A stretch of DNA of 64,000 nt from Octopus vulgaris (taxonomy: Eukaryota): positions 11,532,001 through 11,596,000 of the forward strand of contig OX597814.1 of NCBI GenBank assembly GCA_951406725.2. The letters are read 5' to 3'. Position numbers and translations under genes: made by a program. This document shows positions 1 through 13,515 of this stretch, one piece after another. Below the pieces are notes generated by a model that was not told the DNA's origin, made no database searches, and saw nothing but the letters and a program-made list of their open reading frames with translations. Within the stretch, counting starts at the first letter, position 1. Each line of letters begins with the position of its first letter.

Positions 1-109
1 CTGTAAATTTTATTCAGGCACGGAAAAACAGATAAACATATAAAAAATGTTGATTCAGAAAATAAAAGTGGAAAACTGACCGACTTCTGGCAGCCTACAA
101 CTTCTATTC

Positions 110-178
<69 letters not shown>

Positions 179-390
179 CATAAAAATATCGTGCACATAA
201 AACACATTAAGAGGCTTCCAAATAGGACAGCCTTGTGCTAGAAAGAGTAGTAGAAAACTCAAACCACTAATTGGGGATAAATTCTCGAAAGGGATGAAAA
301 TTAAAAACGTTTACCATCTAATTTAGTTCCTAGACCATGGTTTCTGACTAATTCCAGTAAATTTCCTTAATATTATTTAGTGTGTTTTAC

Positions 391-478
<88 letters not shown>

Positions 479-636
479 TATATATGCGACAGGCTTCTTT
501 TTAGCTTCCATCTACCAAATCCACTCACAAAGCTTCGGTCGGCCCGGGGCTATAGCAGAAGACACTTACCGAATGTGCCACGCAGTGGGACTGAACCCTG
601 AACTAAGAGGTTGGGAAGCAAAAAGCAAACTCCTGC

Positions 637-637
<1 letters not shown>

Positions 638-718
<81 letters not shown>

Positions 719-791
719 GTAGATAGATAGAAAGATAGATAGGTAGATAGATAGAAAGATAGATAGGTAGGTAGATAGATAGGTAGATAGG

Positions 792-880
<89 letters not shown>
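638..880 (+). repeat. (GATA)n; others at 5584-5655, 51384-51471, 51715-51810, 57180-57415
   Basis: Direct reading. Confidence 0.97.
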
Positions 881-883
<3 letters not shown>

Positions 884-1371
884 TATTTTTAGTGTCTTGC
901 TGTATATACGCGTAGTCATGTGAATGAATAAATACACCTCGTGCATTTGCATATATGTGTATATGCGCCAGCGTATCCGTTCGTTATTGCAGCTTCGTAC
1001 GCGTTCCATATATGACACTTTCGACAGTTATGATAAACATTTAGATATATAATACGCCTTGCTTTTAAATGGAAGGTGAAGATGACTTTTATTCGTTTTT
1101 CTATTCGTTTTTTTTTTAAATATTTTCGTTTAATTTGTTGGGTATTTTTCTCTCTACAAAATATAAAATATGTCGTTCATTTTTTAAAAATAATTTTAAA
1201 CTTTATTTCCTTAAATTATTATTATTTTTTTTTTTTTTTTTTTTCATTGGGCCAAGATAAACATATTTTCAATTTAAGAGGGAAGAAAATAATAATTTCC
1301 AAATAGAAATTTATTGAAAGTAGTAAATGGAACAGTTGCAATGAAAACAAACAAAAAGGGGGCGGGTGTAA

Positions 1372-1449
<78 letters not shown>

Positions 1450-2465
1450 CATCACATCTATCTTCAGGCTTTGTGCCTTTAGTAGAAAAGAGAGAGGATT
1501 ATCATCTCATCTATTCCGCGTCATACTCCGTGAGGTTGTGCCACCAACCGGTTACACTTTTACATTGTCATCATTATTATCAGCGTCATCATCATCAAGG
1601 TCCTTGTTACTATCATTATTGTCACCTTTCCTTCACCATCATCATTATCATCATCGACATCATAATCACCAATGTCATCATAATCATCATCGTCATCAAC
1701 AACAGCAACAACAACAACTTCATTGTCATTATAATAATTTTCATCATCATTACCATCATCAACATCATCGTCAACAACAAACAGCAGCAGCAGCAGAAGC
1801 AGCAGCAACAGCAGCCGTTCAAGAATTTGGACCTGGAGATCTCCATTTCCAGCGACTTCGAGGGCCACCTCCTAGTGGTGTCGGGCGTCAACGAAGAGCC
1901 CTCGACTACAACAAGACGACCAAAGTTTTTTTTTTTTCCAAGGTCTGGGGTCTCCTGCCCCTAAGCCCTAGACCATCACCTAATCACCCTTACCCGTCTT
2001 GTTGCTTAACAACAACAACAACAACAGCAGCAGCTGCGGCGTTCGTCATCGTAGCTGTAGACTGGCCATCATTCACAATGCTACATGCAATACAAGAATT
2101 CTATTCCTACTACTTGAACTACAACAACAACAACTACTACCACCATTTCTATCACTACCATCACCACTATCACCACTACTACAGCTACTTTTAATATTAC
2201 CGTTACTTACTGTTATTATTGCTTTCCAACATAAAGCACAAAACCATAAATCTTTTGGAAAGGTGTAGTAAATTAAACTGACCCTAATGTTGGTATTTTA
2301 TTTTATGAATACAGAAGGAACGAAAGTCAAAGATGACCTGCACACATTTTTAATCAGATCGCGGACAAAATACTTGGAATTAGATCGCGAACCAGAACAA
2401 AACGCTGCCGAGCAATATACTTGCCAGCCTATAGTTTTTGACAAACCAAAGTACTTTCCCTATAA

Positions 2466-3182
2466 GGCGGCGAGCTGGCAGAAACGTTGGCACGCCGGGC
2501 GAAATGCGTAACCGTATTTCGTCTGCCGTTATGTTCTGAGTTCAAATTCCGCCGAGGTCAACTTTGCCTTTCATCCTTCCGGGGTCGATTAAATAAGTAC
2601 CAGGTACGCACTGGGGTCGATATAATCGACTTAATCTGTTTGACTGTCCTTGTTTGTCCTCTCTGTGTTTAGCCACTTGTGGGTAGTAAAGAAATAGGTA
2701 TTTCGTCTGCCGTTACGTACTGAGTTCAAATTCCTCCAAGGTCGACTTTGTCTTTTATCCTTTCGGGGTCGATAAATTAAGTACCAGTTGCATACTGGGG
2801 TAGATCTAATCGATGGGCCCCCTTCCTCAAAATTTCGGGCCTTGTGCTTAGAATAGAAAATATTATTAAAGGCAGCGAGCTGGCAGAAACGTTAGCGCGC
2901 CGGGCAAAATGCTTAGCAGTATTTCTTCTGCCGCTACGTGCTGAGTTCAAATTCCGCCGAGGTCGACTTTGCCTTTCATCTTTTCGGGGTCGCTATATAA
3001 AGTACCAGTTTCGCACTGGGGTCGATGAAATCGACTTAATCCGTTTGTCTGTCCTTGTTTGTCCTCTCTGTGTTTAGCCCCTTGTGGGTAGTAAAGAAAT
3101 AAGTATTTCGTCTGTCTTTACGTTTTGAGTTCAAATTCCTCCGAGGTCGATTTTGCCTTTCATCCTTTCGGGGGTCGATAAT
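2466..3182 (+). mobile_element. Tandem tRNA-derived SINEs with Meta-like central domain (family A)
   Basis: Head ggcggcgagctggcagaa...gagttcaaattcc, core gtcgactttgcctttcatcctttcggggtcgataaa..agtacc, two alternative tails. Confidence 0.9.
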
Positions 3183-4606
3183 CATGGGATTGCACCTAGA
3201 AAGCTACCCTCGGAGACACGAGTCCGGGCAAGGTTGTTTATGGAAAGACCAACAGTCACCCATGCATGCCAGCCTCCTCTCTCGATGCCAACGATGTTAT
3301 CTAAGGGAAAGAAAAAGGCCAATACAGATTGGCATTAATCATGTCACAACTCATTTCTACAGCTGAGGGAACTGGAGCAACGTGAAATAAAGTGTTTTAC
3401 TCTAGAACACAACACACACCCGGTCCAGGAATCGAACTCACTACCTCATGATTGTGAGTCCGACGCTCTAACCGATGAGCTATGCGCCTTCTGACACTAA
3501 ATATTATAATAATTCATTTAGTCGAGGCATTTTACCGTTTCCTCAAAATAATACTTTTAAGCCATAGCAATTGATAAAACACAAGGCCATTTTGTTTTTA
3601 AGAGAAGTAGCACAATAGCTCAGGTCGACGTCGTTCATTATACAACTGGTACATGTGGCGAGCAACGTAAAAAGGCAGAGCAAAGTTTAAGCTGCAGATA
3701 AGCTGATAATGAATTTGGGGACGCGTTGAAGTGTGCGGTGTGGGGTCCAGTGTAAATGCTGTCAAGTATTTATAGTTCAACACTCAACAGATTCTGTCAA
3801 TACGCTGCTTTTCATACACGACAACACCGAAGCCATTACAAACCCTTTTGCTGTTATAATACCACACAGCACATCATAACACCTCGTTATTATATTACAT
3901 TTCTCTACTGTGTTGTACTACTACATTACACGACCCAACGAAAGACTACAATATCAAAAAGGCTGTCAAGTCTCAAAATTTCATTTTGTTCTGAGATTCT
4001 ATAAAATAGTTTACAACAACAACAATTTACAACAACAGCAATCACAATAACAGCGATAACAAGAACAAGGAAATTGGCTAATAGTTTTAAATTGAAAGCA
4101 AATTACAAATGCGAAATACACACATGTCAATAAACTTGCCGAAGCTGTCATTAAATTGGCTTTTTTTACATTCAAAGAAAGAAAAATACTAGCAACTACG
4201 AAACTGCGTGTAATAGCTGTCATGTGATAATCCTTTAATGTAATCTATAGATTGTTGATAGGTTGTGCTTGTTTATTCCATTCAATTATTTTTTGTTGTT
4301 GCTGTTGTTGTTTTGGCTTTTTTTAAAGCTAATTCCAAGCGACACCCATTTTTATCAATTCGTCACAATTAGCTAATTTAGCGCAGGAAACTACTCATTC
4401 CATTTCACGTTTTAAAGTTTTTAATTTGTCCTGTCCAATATTTAAGTGTCGCCGAAACTCAAAAAGAATGTGACATTTTAGTGAGCAAACCTCCACTCCT
4501 AAAATATCTATAAATTGGTTTCTAAGATTTTAAGACAGAATTGCGACTTTATTTAGTAATTTTTGCTTGTTTCTTGTCAATGATATTTAATATTTAATAA
4601 CTGCTA

Positions 4607-4826
4607 AGGCGGCGAGATGGCAGAATCATTAGCACGCCGCGCGGCAAAATTCTTTGCCGCATTCCGTCCGTCTTTACGCTCTGAGTTCAAATTCCGCCGA
4701 GACCGACTCGGGCCTTTCATCTTTTCCGGGTCGATAAAATAAGAGCCAATTGAACACCGAGGTCGATGTAATCGACTTATCCCCTCCCCAAAAATTTCTG
4801 GCCTTCTGCCAAAATCTGAAATCAAT
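4607..4826 (+). mobile_element. Family A SINE
   Basis: Same head and core as 2466. Confidence 0.85.
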
Positions 4827-4856
4827 ATTTAATAAGTGCTATAACTTAAGAATGTG

Positions 4857-5180
4857 AAGGCGCAATGGCCCAGTGGTTAGGGCAGCGGACTCGCGGTCGC
4901 AGGATCGCGGTTTCGATTCCCAGACCGGGCGTTGCGTGTGTGTGTGTGTGTGTGTTTATTGATCGAAAGCACGTAAAGCTCCACGATGTTCCGGCAGGGG
5001 GTGGTAGCGACCCCTGTTGTACTCTTTCGCCCCAACTTTCTCTCACTCTTTCTTCCTGCTCCTTGAGTAACGCTGCGATGGACTGGCGTCCCGTCCAGCT
5101 GGGGGGAACTCATACGCCACAGAAACCGGGAAACCGGGCCCATGAGCCTGGCTACGCTTGAAAAGGGCGCATAAATAATT
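4857..5180 (+). mobile_element. tRNA-derived SINE family B; other copies 16640-16965 (+), 32495-32782 (-), 35765-35930 (+), 44850-45135 (+), 49394-49705 (+)
   Basis: A-box tggcccagtggttag, B-box gtttcgattcc, tail gaaaccgggaaaccgggcccatgagcc. TSD-like flanks: ataac(t/g)taagaat here, aaatacgtgaaa at 16.6-17.0 kb, taagtatggt(g/a)caaat at 49.4-49.7 kb. Confidence 0.88.
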
Positions 5181-5582
5181 TTTTTTAAAAATAACGTAAG
5201 AATACATTCATATTGACACTTAAACAATTTTTTCAGCATCTACATTCATCTCGAGGATTGGCTGATTCATTAGAGCATCGGACAAAATATGTTGTGACAA
5301 TTAATTACGGAACTTTACGTTCTAAGTTCAAGCACCATCGAGATCTACTTTGCCTTTGAATCTCCCGGAGTCACAAGAATAATAGAAGCAGCATCGATGG
5401 CTGATGACCCATCGATGGATACCTTTGTAAATAGTTAAAAAGTATGTGCATATGAAATGTGAGACTAACACGTTACAAATATATCTTCAAAAATATATAT
5501 ATCTATATATAAATTACACGGACAGAAGAATTACAACCTTCACAAGAATGTGTGTATATATATATATATACACACACACACT

Positions 5583-5656
<74 letters not shown>

Positions 5657-6143
5657 TAACAATAAGGGTTTAGCAACAAGTTGCTTGACCACATTATGGA
5701 TGTACGTTTCTGGATTAGAATCATAAGATTCATTTCCTTCGTCGATGTAATATCTCGATAAATACATCTAGAAATGCTAGGAAAACTTACCCCCTATATT
5801 TCCGACCAAGCGTCATCGGAACATATAAAAGTTAATCAGCATATCCACATTTATATAGACGAGTGAATTCGTATGTCCCTCCAAAATTCTACCACCATAC
5901 ATATAGGTATGTATATAAGTGCTTCGTGGGTGTTAAATATATGCGCATGTGCACATCTTGCATGCGAAAGTTATACATACATTTATTTAGTCATTCTCTC
6001 TTTAGATCTTGTGCAAAAACACATCGAGCCGATCTCCAAGTGTTATCAGCAGACAACCAAACACGGTGTTTCGGCATGATTTTCACCTTCTCAGTGACAG
6101 ATACCGCCTTAACAATTCAAAACCAGACCGGAACTTCTATTCA

Positions 6144-6186
<43 letters not shown>

Positions 6187-6324
6187 CGGAGATGTACTTG
6201 CATAACGAGTGACTTGATCTGAGATTATGTGCTGGAACGAAAACAATTGCAGCGTGGAAGGCGTTTATAAGCCATTTAAGAAACACACAAAAACCGTTAG
6301 ATTCACTTCAACATTTAAATTTAA

Positions 6325-6375
6325 TTTGTCAAAATATTTTCGTCGCTGTGAGACCGCGACCTGTTCACTGACAAA
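6325..6375 (-). ncRNA. Second copy of the G3:C8 hammerhead-like motif
   Basis: Same stems and core as 38696-38747; differences are confined to loop II (GGUCUCACA vs AGGUUUCAAA). Host repeat ~6184-6390. Confidence 0.7.
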
Positions 6376-7188
6376 ACTTCGTGCTGCATCCTTACATATA
6401 TATATATAAGGAACAGTATATTTGCAGGTGTATGCTGCGGCTTGCTTACCTGCAAATAATGTATGAGCATCGGGGATCAAAATAAATGTTATATGTAACA
6501 TATAGTATATATGTATGTATGTATTAGTATGTGTGTGTGTCTGTGTGTGTGTAATATGGTTGCTATTATGCAAAAGTGTCGTAAGTCCAAAACGTTGCTT
6601 TTTCAGTAAACGGGAAAATAGTTTGACCATTTCATTTCTTTTTACATTAGCAACAGTTTCAGCTTAACGATAATACTTTGTTGGGTGCATCAAATCGTAA
6701 CTCCATGCATCTATGATATTTTCAGTCAGAAGTATAATTTCAAAACTGTCGTACATGGGGCTAACTACACTTTTGAAAAATGCTGAACCGTTGTACTGCA
6801 CCTTGACAATTTTCATATCTTGGCATCTGAAGCAGCTAGAAATACAATAGTTTGACCAAAAGAATCGGCTATTGCAAGCAAAATTAAATATTGAGGAAAA
6901 CGCATTTGGCCAAATTTGGACATACGACAGTTTAATATGATAGCAACGATATATGTATGTATAATATATGTATGTATGTATAATATATGTATGTATAGTC
7001 GCCATGATAGATCGGTAGCCACTACACACATTTTTTTTCTCTCCTTGTTTTTCTGTGTCCCTTTCTGTAGAAGAGCGTAGGCTCGAAACGTGAAGGACTT
7101 TTTCAATTCCTGAGCGTTATACTAATGCATCTGTTCGTTTTGTACATCACCTGTCTTCGTCTTTTGTTTTTTTCGTGAACTCTCCCCA

Positions 7189-7235
<47 letters not shown>

Positions 7236-7363
7236 CTATATATATATAAATACATACATACATACATACATACATACATACATACATACATACATACATA
7301 CATACGTACGTACATACACATACATATATATATATATAGAGAGAGAGAGAGACAGACAGACAT

Positions 7364-7396
<33 letters not shown>

Positions 7397-8887
7397 GACA
7401 GACAGACAGAGAGCTGTCTATAGACATACATATACACTGCTCGCGCGCGCACACTTGCAGTAACAACACATATTCAAGCGCCATCATAATTATACGAAAT
7501 TTTCCAGAAATTACTAATCGCTTAACTCTCCTGTCTACGGCCAGCTGGAGCGGCATGAATAGGACGATACGTCAAATGACAGCATCTGTGAGATGAGGGA
7601 GATTATCGCGTAGGGTGTTTGATGATGAAGGATGATGATGACAATGATGATGATGATCATGGTGATCATGGTCGTGACGGCGGCGACGGTGGTGGTACTG
7701 CTATTGACAGTGGTAGTGGTTATGATCTGATCGATGAGAGCAGGGTGTTTGACTTCAGTGATGATGGTGTTGCTGGGAGCAATGGTTATGTACTTTGGTA
7801 ATGGACGCGGTGCTGGCCTCTTAATAACGATCATAAGTAGCCTTAGTTATAGCGACGATGGAGAAGGTTGTGATATAGTTGGGGTGGTAGTGGCGATGGT
7901 TACGGCGGCGGTTGTGGTGGTGGTGGTGGTGGTGGTGGTGGTGGTGGTGGTAGTAGTAGTAGTAGTTGTATTCACCGACAGATTGGTTATTACGGTGATT
8001 ATGGTGATGCTGATGCTGATGCTGGTGTTTGTGGTGATGAGGAGGACGGAGAAGACTAGGAAGAGGACGATAGAGAAGGAAGAGGAGCAGGAGAAGGAGG
8101 ACATCTCTGTCTTGAAATAATGGAAATCCGACAGAGAGAGAGAGAGCGAAAGACAAGTGTAATTAGTACGATGTCCGATAATCGCGGAACGATTAATTAA
8201 GGAACATTTGTTAATAATAAAATTAATATTTTTTTTTTTAAATACATAAAACTAAAAAAAAAAAAGAAAAATCAGTAGCCAAGAAAAAAAACAAGAGAGA
8301 AATGAAAAATATTAAATAGAAAAGAAGGAAAGAAAGAAGGAATGAAAGAGAGTGGATGAAGTTGCCTAAGGTCAGAAAGCCATCTTGTGTCAAAGGTCAA
8401 TGACATCAAAGTGTTGTTTATCATCATATACACTGTTATTGCGGCCTCAAATATAAACACCCTTATGCTCGCCATCTTAAATATCATATGTACATCTGTA
8501 TATATATATATATATAATTTTTTTTGTGTGTATATAACCGTGTGAATATATATATATATATAATTATATATATGTGTGTATGTATGTGTGTATGAATTTT
8601 ATTTAGGTACGTTGGTCGGTATAAACAGATATATAAATGGATGCATGAATATAAGGGTGGGTTTTTTTTTTATAATATCTATGAATATATAATTGCGTGT
8701 AAATTCACAGCTTGCCAAGTTCATAGGTCGCTTTTGTCGCTTTTGTTGTTTTTGTTGTTTCTTTGTAGCTCCAGGTCAGCTTTATAATTGTGGAAACCTA
8801 TGATCAAAGGCGGTCTCGTCATAAATATTCCGTCTTTTGGTACATATGTGTATGTGTGTGTGTGTGCGTATGTGTGTGCGTGTGTGT

Positions 8888-8956
<69 letters not shown>

Positions 8957-8979
8957 TGCGTGTATAAATACATCCATAT

Positions 8980-9378
8980 CTGGGACAGAATTATCCAAAG
9001 TGTTCTGCTGGTTGCGGGTCCTTCAAGAACATTCGTCAATATTGACATATTTTTGGCCACCTTGAAAGCGTCTGAACCACTCGTGCAGTTGTGTGCAGCT
9101 CATACACGCCTCTTCATACACTTTCTGCAACTTTGCGTAGGCCTCTGAGTAGGTATCACCATGACAACTTTCTCTGCCATGATCAATGCGAGAAACACAC
9201 GCTACACACCTTCCTTCCAAGCACTGCTGTAAACAGTGGAATTGAGTTAGAACATTAAAACTTAGTGTGCATGCACAACAGAGTTCATAGTGAATGTGTG
9301 TCAAGCGGCTTCACTCTGCATGCCTTAACTTCGTTACTATGGCAACAGTTTGAATACTTATTGATCAGACTTCGAAGA
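8980..9378 (-). mobile_element. Mariner 5' end relic (TIR-like end plus N-terminal HTH)
   Basis: EAYAKLQKVYEEACMSCTQLHEWFRRFQGGQKYVNIDECS matches the mariner N-terminus; TIR-like cgaagtctgatcaataagtattc at ~9352-9375. Confidence 0.75.
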
Positions 9379-9382
9379 TATA

Positions 9383-10120
9383 TATATTTCTTTATCAGCC
9401 ACACACGGCTGGATACAGACGGGACAAATTACAAAGTGAAGCTTTTCTTTTGGGGGAGAAAAAAAAAGTTGGGTAGGTTTTCGATCAAAAGGGATCGTAG
9501 AAAGGAAAAAAAAGAAAAAGAAAGGAAAAAAAGAAAAGCAAAAAACTATCAATAGGATCGTGTATCATAGAAATGTCATGATGTGAAGTGTAAAGGGGGA
9601 AGTAGATAAGGTTTATCCATGGAAAGAAAAGCCTACGGAAAAGACCACGGTAACCTCGGTCATTGATGTCACATGTTAACACATTTATTTGCAAGTAAGC
9701 AACTCTCTGTTTTAAATTTTTCCGGGTTCATAGGATTATGCTCAAGGTGGCTTCGTCATTCATACGTGCCATCCTTGCTACATTCACCCATCTTTTTTTT
9801 AAACATTCGCTAGACAAAACTTGCCTCTCTACTCTCACTTTCCTTTTCAAGTGATACTTGAAGAAGTTGATGAGTGATTGACCAGAGAGGAAAGTGTTTG
9901 TCTCTAATCCTTGCAGACGCGTCCACCAGAGACATTCTTTCACCATAGCCACAAGTATGATGAAAATAGCTCTTCCTTCCCGTTTGAAGGAAGGAGGCGT
10001 GACGATATTGACGATAGACTCGGCGGATAAATCGACTCGTCCCACACGTGACAGCAGTTGTTCGACATAAGCCCACAGGTCGGAAATGGTTGGACACTGC
10101 ACGAGTGCGTGCAGAACGGT
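9383..10120 (-). mobile_element. 3' fragment of a Tx1/L1-type LINE (ORF2 C-terminus plus 3' UTR)
   Basis: Minus-strand reading TVLHALVQCPTISDLWAYVEQLL...KECLWWTR...RWVNVA* is the post-CCHC C-terminus typical of L1/Tx1 ORF2, stop at 9728. Pyrimidine-rich UTR ending ...gataaagaaata. Confidence 0.75.
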
Positions 10121-10880
10121 TACGTTCTGAGTTCAAATTCCGTCGAGGTCGACTTTGCCTTTTATCTTTTCGGGATCGATAAATCAAGTGCCAGTTGCGT
10201 ACTGTGGTCGATCTAATCGACTGGCCCCCTCCCCCAAAATTTCGGGCCTTGTACCTCGAGTAGAAAAGAATATATACTGCATCTTAAGGCAACGAGTTGG
10301 CAGAATCGTTTGGGCGTCGGGCAAAATGCTTAGTGGCATTTCGTCCGTCTTTACGTTTTGAGTTCAAATTCCGCTGAGGTCGACTATGCCTTTTATCCTT
10401 TCGGGATCAATCAAATAAATACCAGTTGTGCTTATTTCATTTTGTTAAGTACTGGGGTCGATGTAATTGACTTATCCCCTATGCCAAACTTGCTGGCCTT
10501 GTGCCAAATTTGAAACTAATATATAATATCTCAAAAAAATATTTTAAGAAACCATAGCTGCTCGTAGCTAGATTAGCATTTAATATTTTTCTGCTTTGAT
10601 ATATGGTGGTTAAAAGCATTACTTTCGTCATTTCATCAAAGTTGCCTCGGGTTTTCTTTATGCTGGTCTAATTAAATGGTCCCAATGAAGACCTTGAATT
10701 TAGTGAGCTGGCAGAATTTTTAGCAAGTCGGACAAAATACTTAGCGGTATTTCTTCCGGCTGTTTATGTTACGAACTCAAATATCGCCGAGATCAATTTT
10801 GCCTCTCATTCTTACTGGGTCGATATAATAAAGTGCTTGTCAATTACTTGAGTCGATGTAATCGACTTACTTCCTCTCTC
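10119..10880 (+). mobile_element. Cluster of three family A SINE copies
   Basis: Cores at ~10145, ~10375 and ~10790. Confidence 0.8.
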
Positions 10881-12874
10881 TGTAACGAACAGGCGTCCCC
10901 TTCAGGGAAATGTTGGGACTTCAGTCACTTATACGCCATGGAAACCGTGTAACCGGCTTTATGAGTTCTAGGAATCAAGAGAAAAAGAATGAAATCCTTG
11001 AGTTTGTGTTAAGCGATGGTATTTCTCCTTCACAATTAATGGCTGGGCAGGTAGAGTCCATATCAGCTGGGTTCTGAGTTTAAATCACGTTTGACCTGTT
11101 GTTGCCTTTCAGCCATCCAAATTCGAAGTCTTTAAAATAAGTACCAGTAATATGCGGTACAGTATGCTAGTGTTAGAAAACAATGTTCAATGTGTCAGAC
11201 GCCATAAAGAACCTGGCCCGTCGAGACTGTGAAGCAGATTCGATAGTCAAGTTGACACAAGTTCAATATTTGCGGCTCAAATGTCCTCGGAAAGACGTTG
11301 AACATGAGAAAAATTCAATATCGTTTTTATCCATAACAGCAAATCTTCTGTATTCAGTTAAAGTGAATCTGACTCCGAATTCGTATAAAAAAAATATAAC
11401 AATAACTGAAACGTTCATTGAAAATGACTGAGCTGGTTAAGTCCGAATTGGCGAGTTCAGTGTTCAAGTCATGAATGATCCGTAATTACAGTTGATCCAT
11501 CTGGTAAAATAAATACCAGTAAGCTGGTATTTATTTTACTGGTAAAATAAATACCAGTAATATGCTGAAATAATTTCACTGGCTTTCGTGAAGTTGTGTT
11601 CATTTGACTTCATAAAGAAAAAAGGAAAATACTTGGAAACCGCTTATTGTGATCACTCCGGAAACGAAGCTTTTTAGGTAACAATAACTAACTGAATGCA
11701 TTAAGCAAACGATCAAGCAATATCCTGGGTGTGTTTGGAACCTTGATAACAATAAACACCTGATAATATTATCCGCTATTACAATAAACAGCTTATACTC
11801 TATTTACTTTGCAATTGGGATGAATACCTCTAAACGTAAGTTACGGTAATCTAAGCCTACAACAGGGTTTCAATTTCTAAGTAAAATATTTTTAAAATTT
11901 TTCTTCGATGTTATTGCGTTTTAAATAGGCCTTGAATGCCACACTTATTGTCGACACTCCTTAAAAACAGTTTGCTTTCGAGATATGGCCAGGGAATCTG
12001 CTAGACATAGCAACCACATCACACTCAAATTACACTTTACCGACTTACAAAGTGAAGAAAATATTAGAAAACACCCCGCCCACAGAAAAACACAGAAGGT
12101 ATGGTAACAGTTGGAGCGTCATTCGATGTAGGCATGCACGATTAGGTGCAATTATATTTGGTCTTTGTTCCCGTTGCGTGTTACTATAGTAATGGATCTC
12201 CGTCGGTTTCGACAATGATTATTCGGTTGCTCGATTAACTATATTACCTACTCATAGAGTTAATGTGTAAGTGGTTGAATATTCCTATGAATAATCTCAA
12301 TGCCGAATCAGCATGATGCAATGTGTTACAAAGGATGGGTGTCTGAATTACATGTGCAATTCATCCGACATTCTTACAATTTCCATCAACGCAAGTTCAC
12401 TCTCAAGGCTTGGGCCGACCCGAAACTGTTGTGAAAGGTACTTGCTCAAGATGCCCAAAATCTCGTGATATCGAAGCGAACATTTTTAACCTTTCAGCCA
12501 TGTTGTGTACAAAATTATGAATAAACAAAAAACCCATCTCTGATGGTGTTCAAACACAGGACCGTTGAAACATGTGTCCAGTGCATTATCTCCTGCGCAA
12601 TGGTAACAAACCGTCAGGATACTTTTATCTTTCTTCTATTTCTTTTAGTCATTGGACCGCGGCCATACTGGTTTGGTCGAACAAGTGGACCCAGTCCTTA
12701 TTTTTCTTTAAGCCTGGTACTGATCGCATCGGTCTCTTTTGCCGAACTGTTAGGGAGGATGTAAACAACCAACACCAGTTGCCAGGTGGTGTAGGGCAAA
12801 AACACAACACAAGCACACCTACACATACACGTGTATATATATATATGCACATATATATACACACACATACAAAT

Positions 12875-12926
<52 letters not shown>

Positions 12927-12939
12927 GCACGCACGCACC

Positions 12940-13142
12940 ATATAGTGAGGACTTGCAAAATAACAAAAGACGAAGACTGGGTATAAACAACAAACAGATG
13001 TATTAGTTTAACGCTCGGGAAGTGAGAAAGTCTTTTACGTTTCGAGCCTACGCTCTTCGACAGGAAGGAACGCAGGAATAAACAGGAGAGAAAATAGAAA
13101 AAGGTTTAGGGGCTAGCGATCTATCATGGCGAATGCCGGACA
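12940..13142 (-). mobile_element. Short Penelope-LTR-like repeat with variant hammerhead (13032-13067); paralogues at ~6995-7190 (+), ~20290-20453 (+), ~45570-45735 (-)
   Basis: Minus strand CUUC-CUGUCGA-A-GAGC-GUAG-GCUC-GAAA-CG-UA-AAAG, followed by the shared tail cccgagcgttaaactaatacatctgtttgttg. The Penelope assignment is inferred from the HHR type. Confidence 0.6.
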
Positions 13143-13480
13143 GAGGACATAGTGTCAGCACCATGGTCGTAAGATTATGGTCTCGATTCCTGGACCGGGC
13201 GACGCGTTGTGTCCTTGAGCAAAACACTTCATTTCACGTTGCTCCAGTTCACTCAGCTGGCAAAAATGAGTAACGCTGCGATGGACTGGCGTCCCATCCA
13301 GCTGGGGAACACATACGCCATTGAAACCGGGAAACCGGGCCCATGAGCCTGGCTAGGCTTTAAAAGGGCACATTTATTTATTTATTTATATATATATACA
13401 TTCAAAATGTGACCGCGTGTGTACCGTTGGCGATTTTTTTTCCCTCTGTCTTCCCTTCTCTGGATCTTTCCTTCTCCTAT

Positions 13481-13515
13481 GTTTCCGACGAAGAGCTCCG
13501 CTCGAAACGTTAAAC
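13481..13515 (+). ncRNA. Minimal hammerhead-like motif (U4C variant) in a ~210-bp TA-flanked repeat (13400-13613)
   Basis: GUUU-CCGACGA-A-GAGC-UCC-GCUC-GAAA-CG-UU-AAAC. Confidence 0.6.

Noticed and set aside
5401-5425. CUGAUGA followed by the ccatcgatgg palindrome
   Set aside because: No GAAA or UH elements follow.
6057-6100. Minus-strand CUGAGAA...GAAACACCGUGUU
   Set aside because: Core is one base short and the stems are weak; at best a decayed HHR.
6600-6940. Possible coding or Penelope endonuclease remnant between two HHR repeats
   Set aside because: No recognisable GIY-YIG or RT motif in the frames I read.
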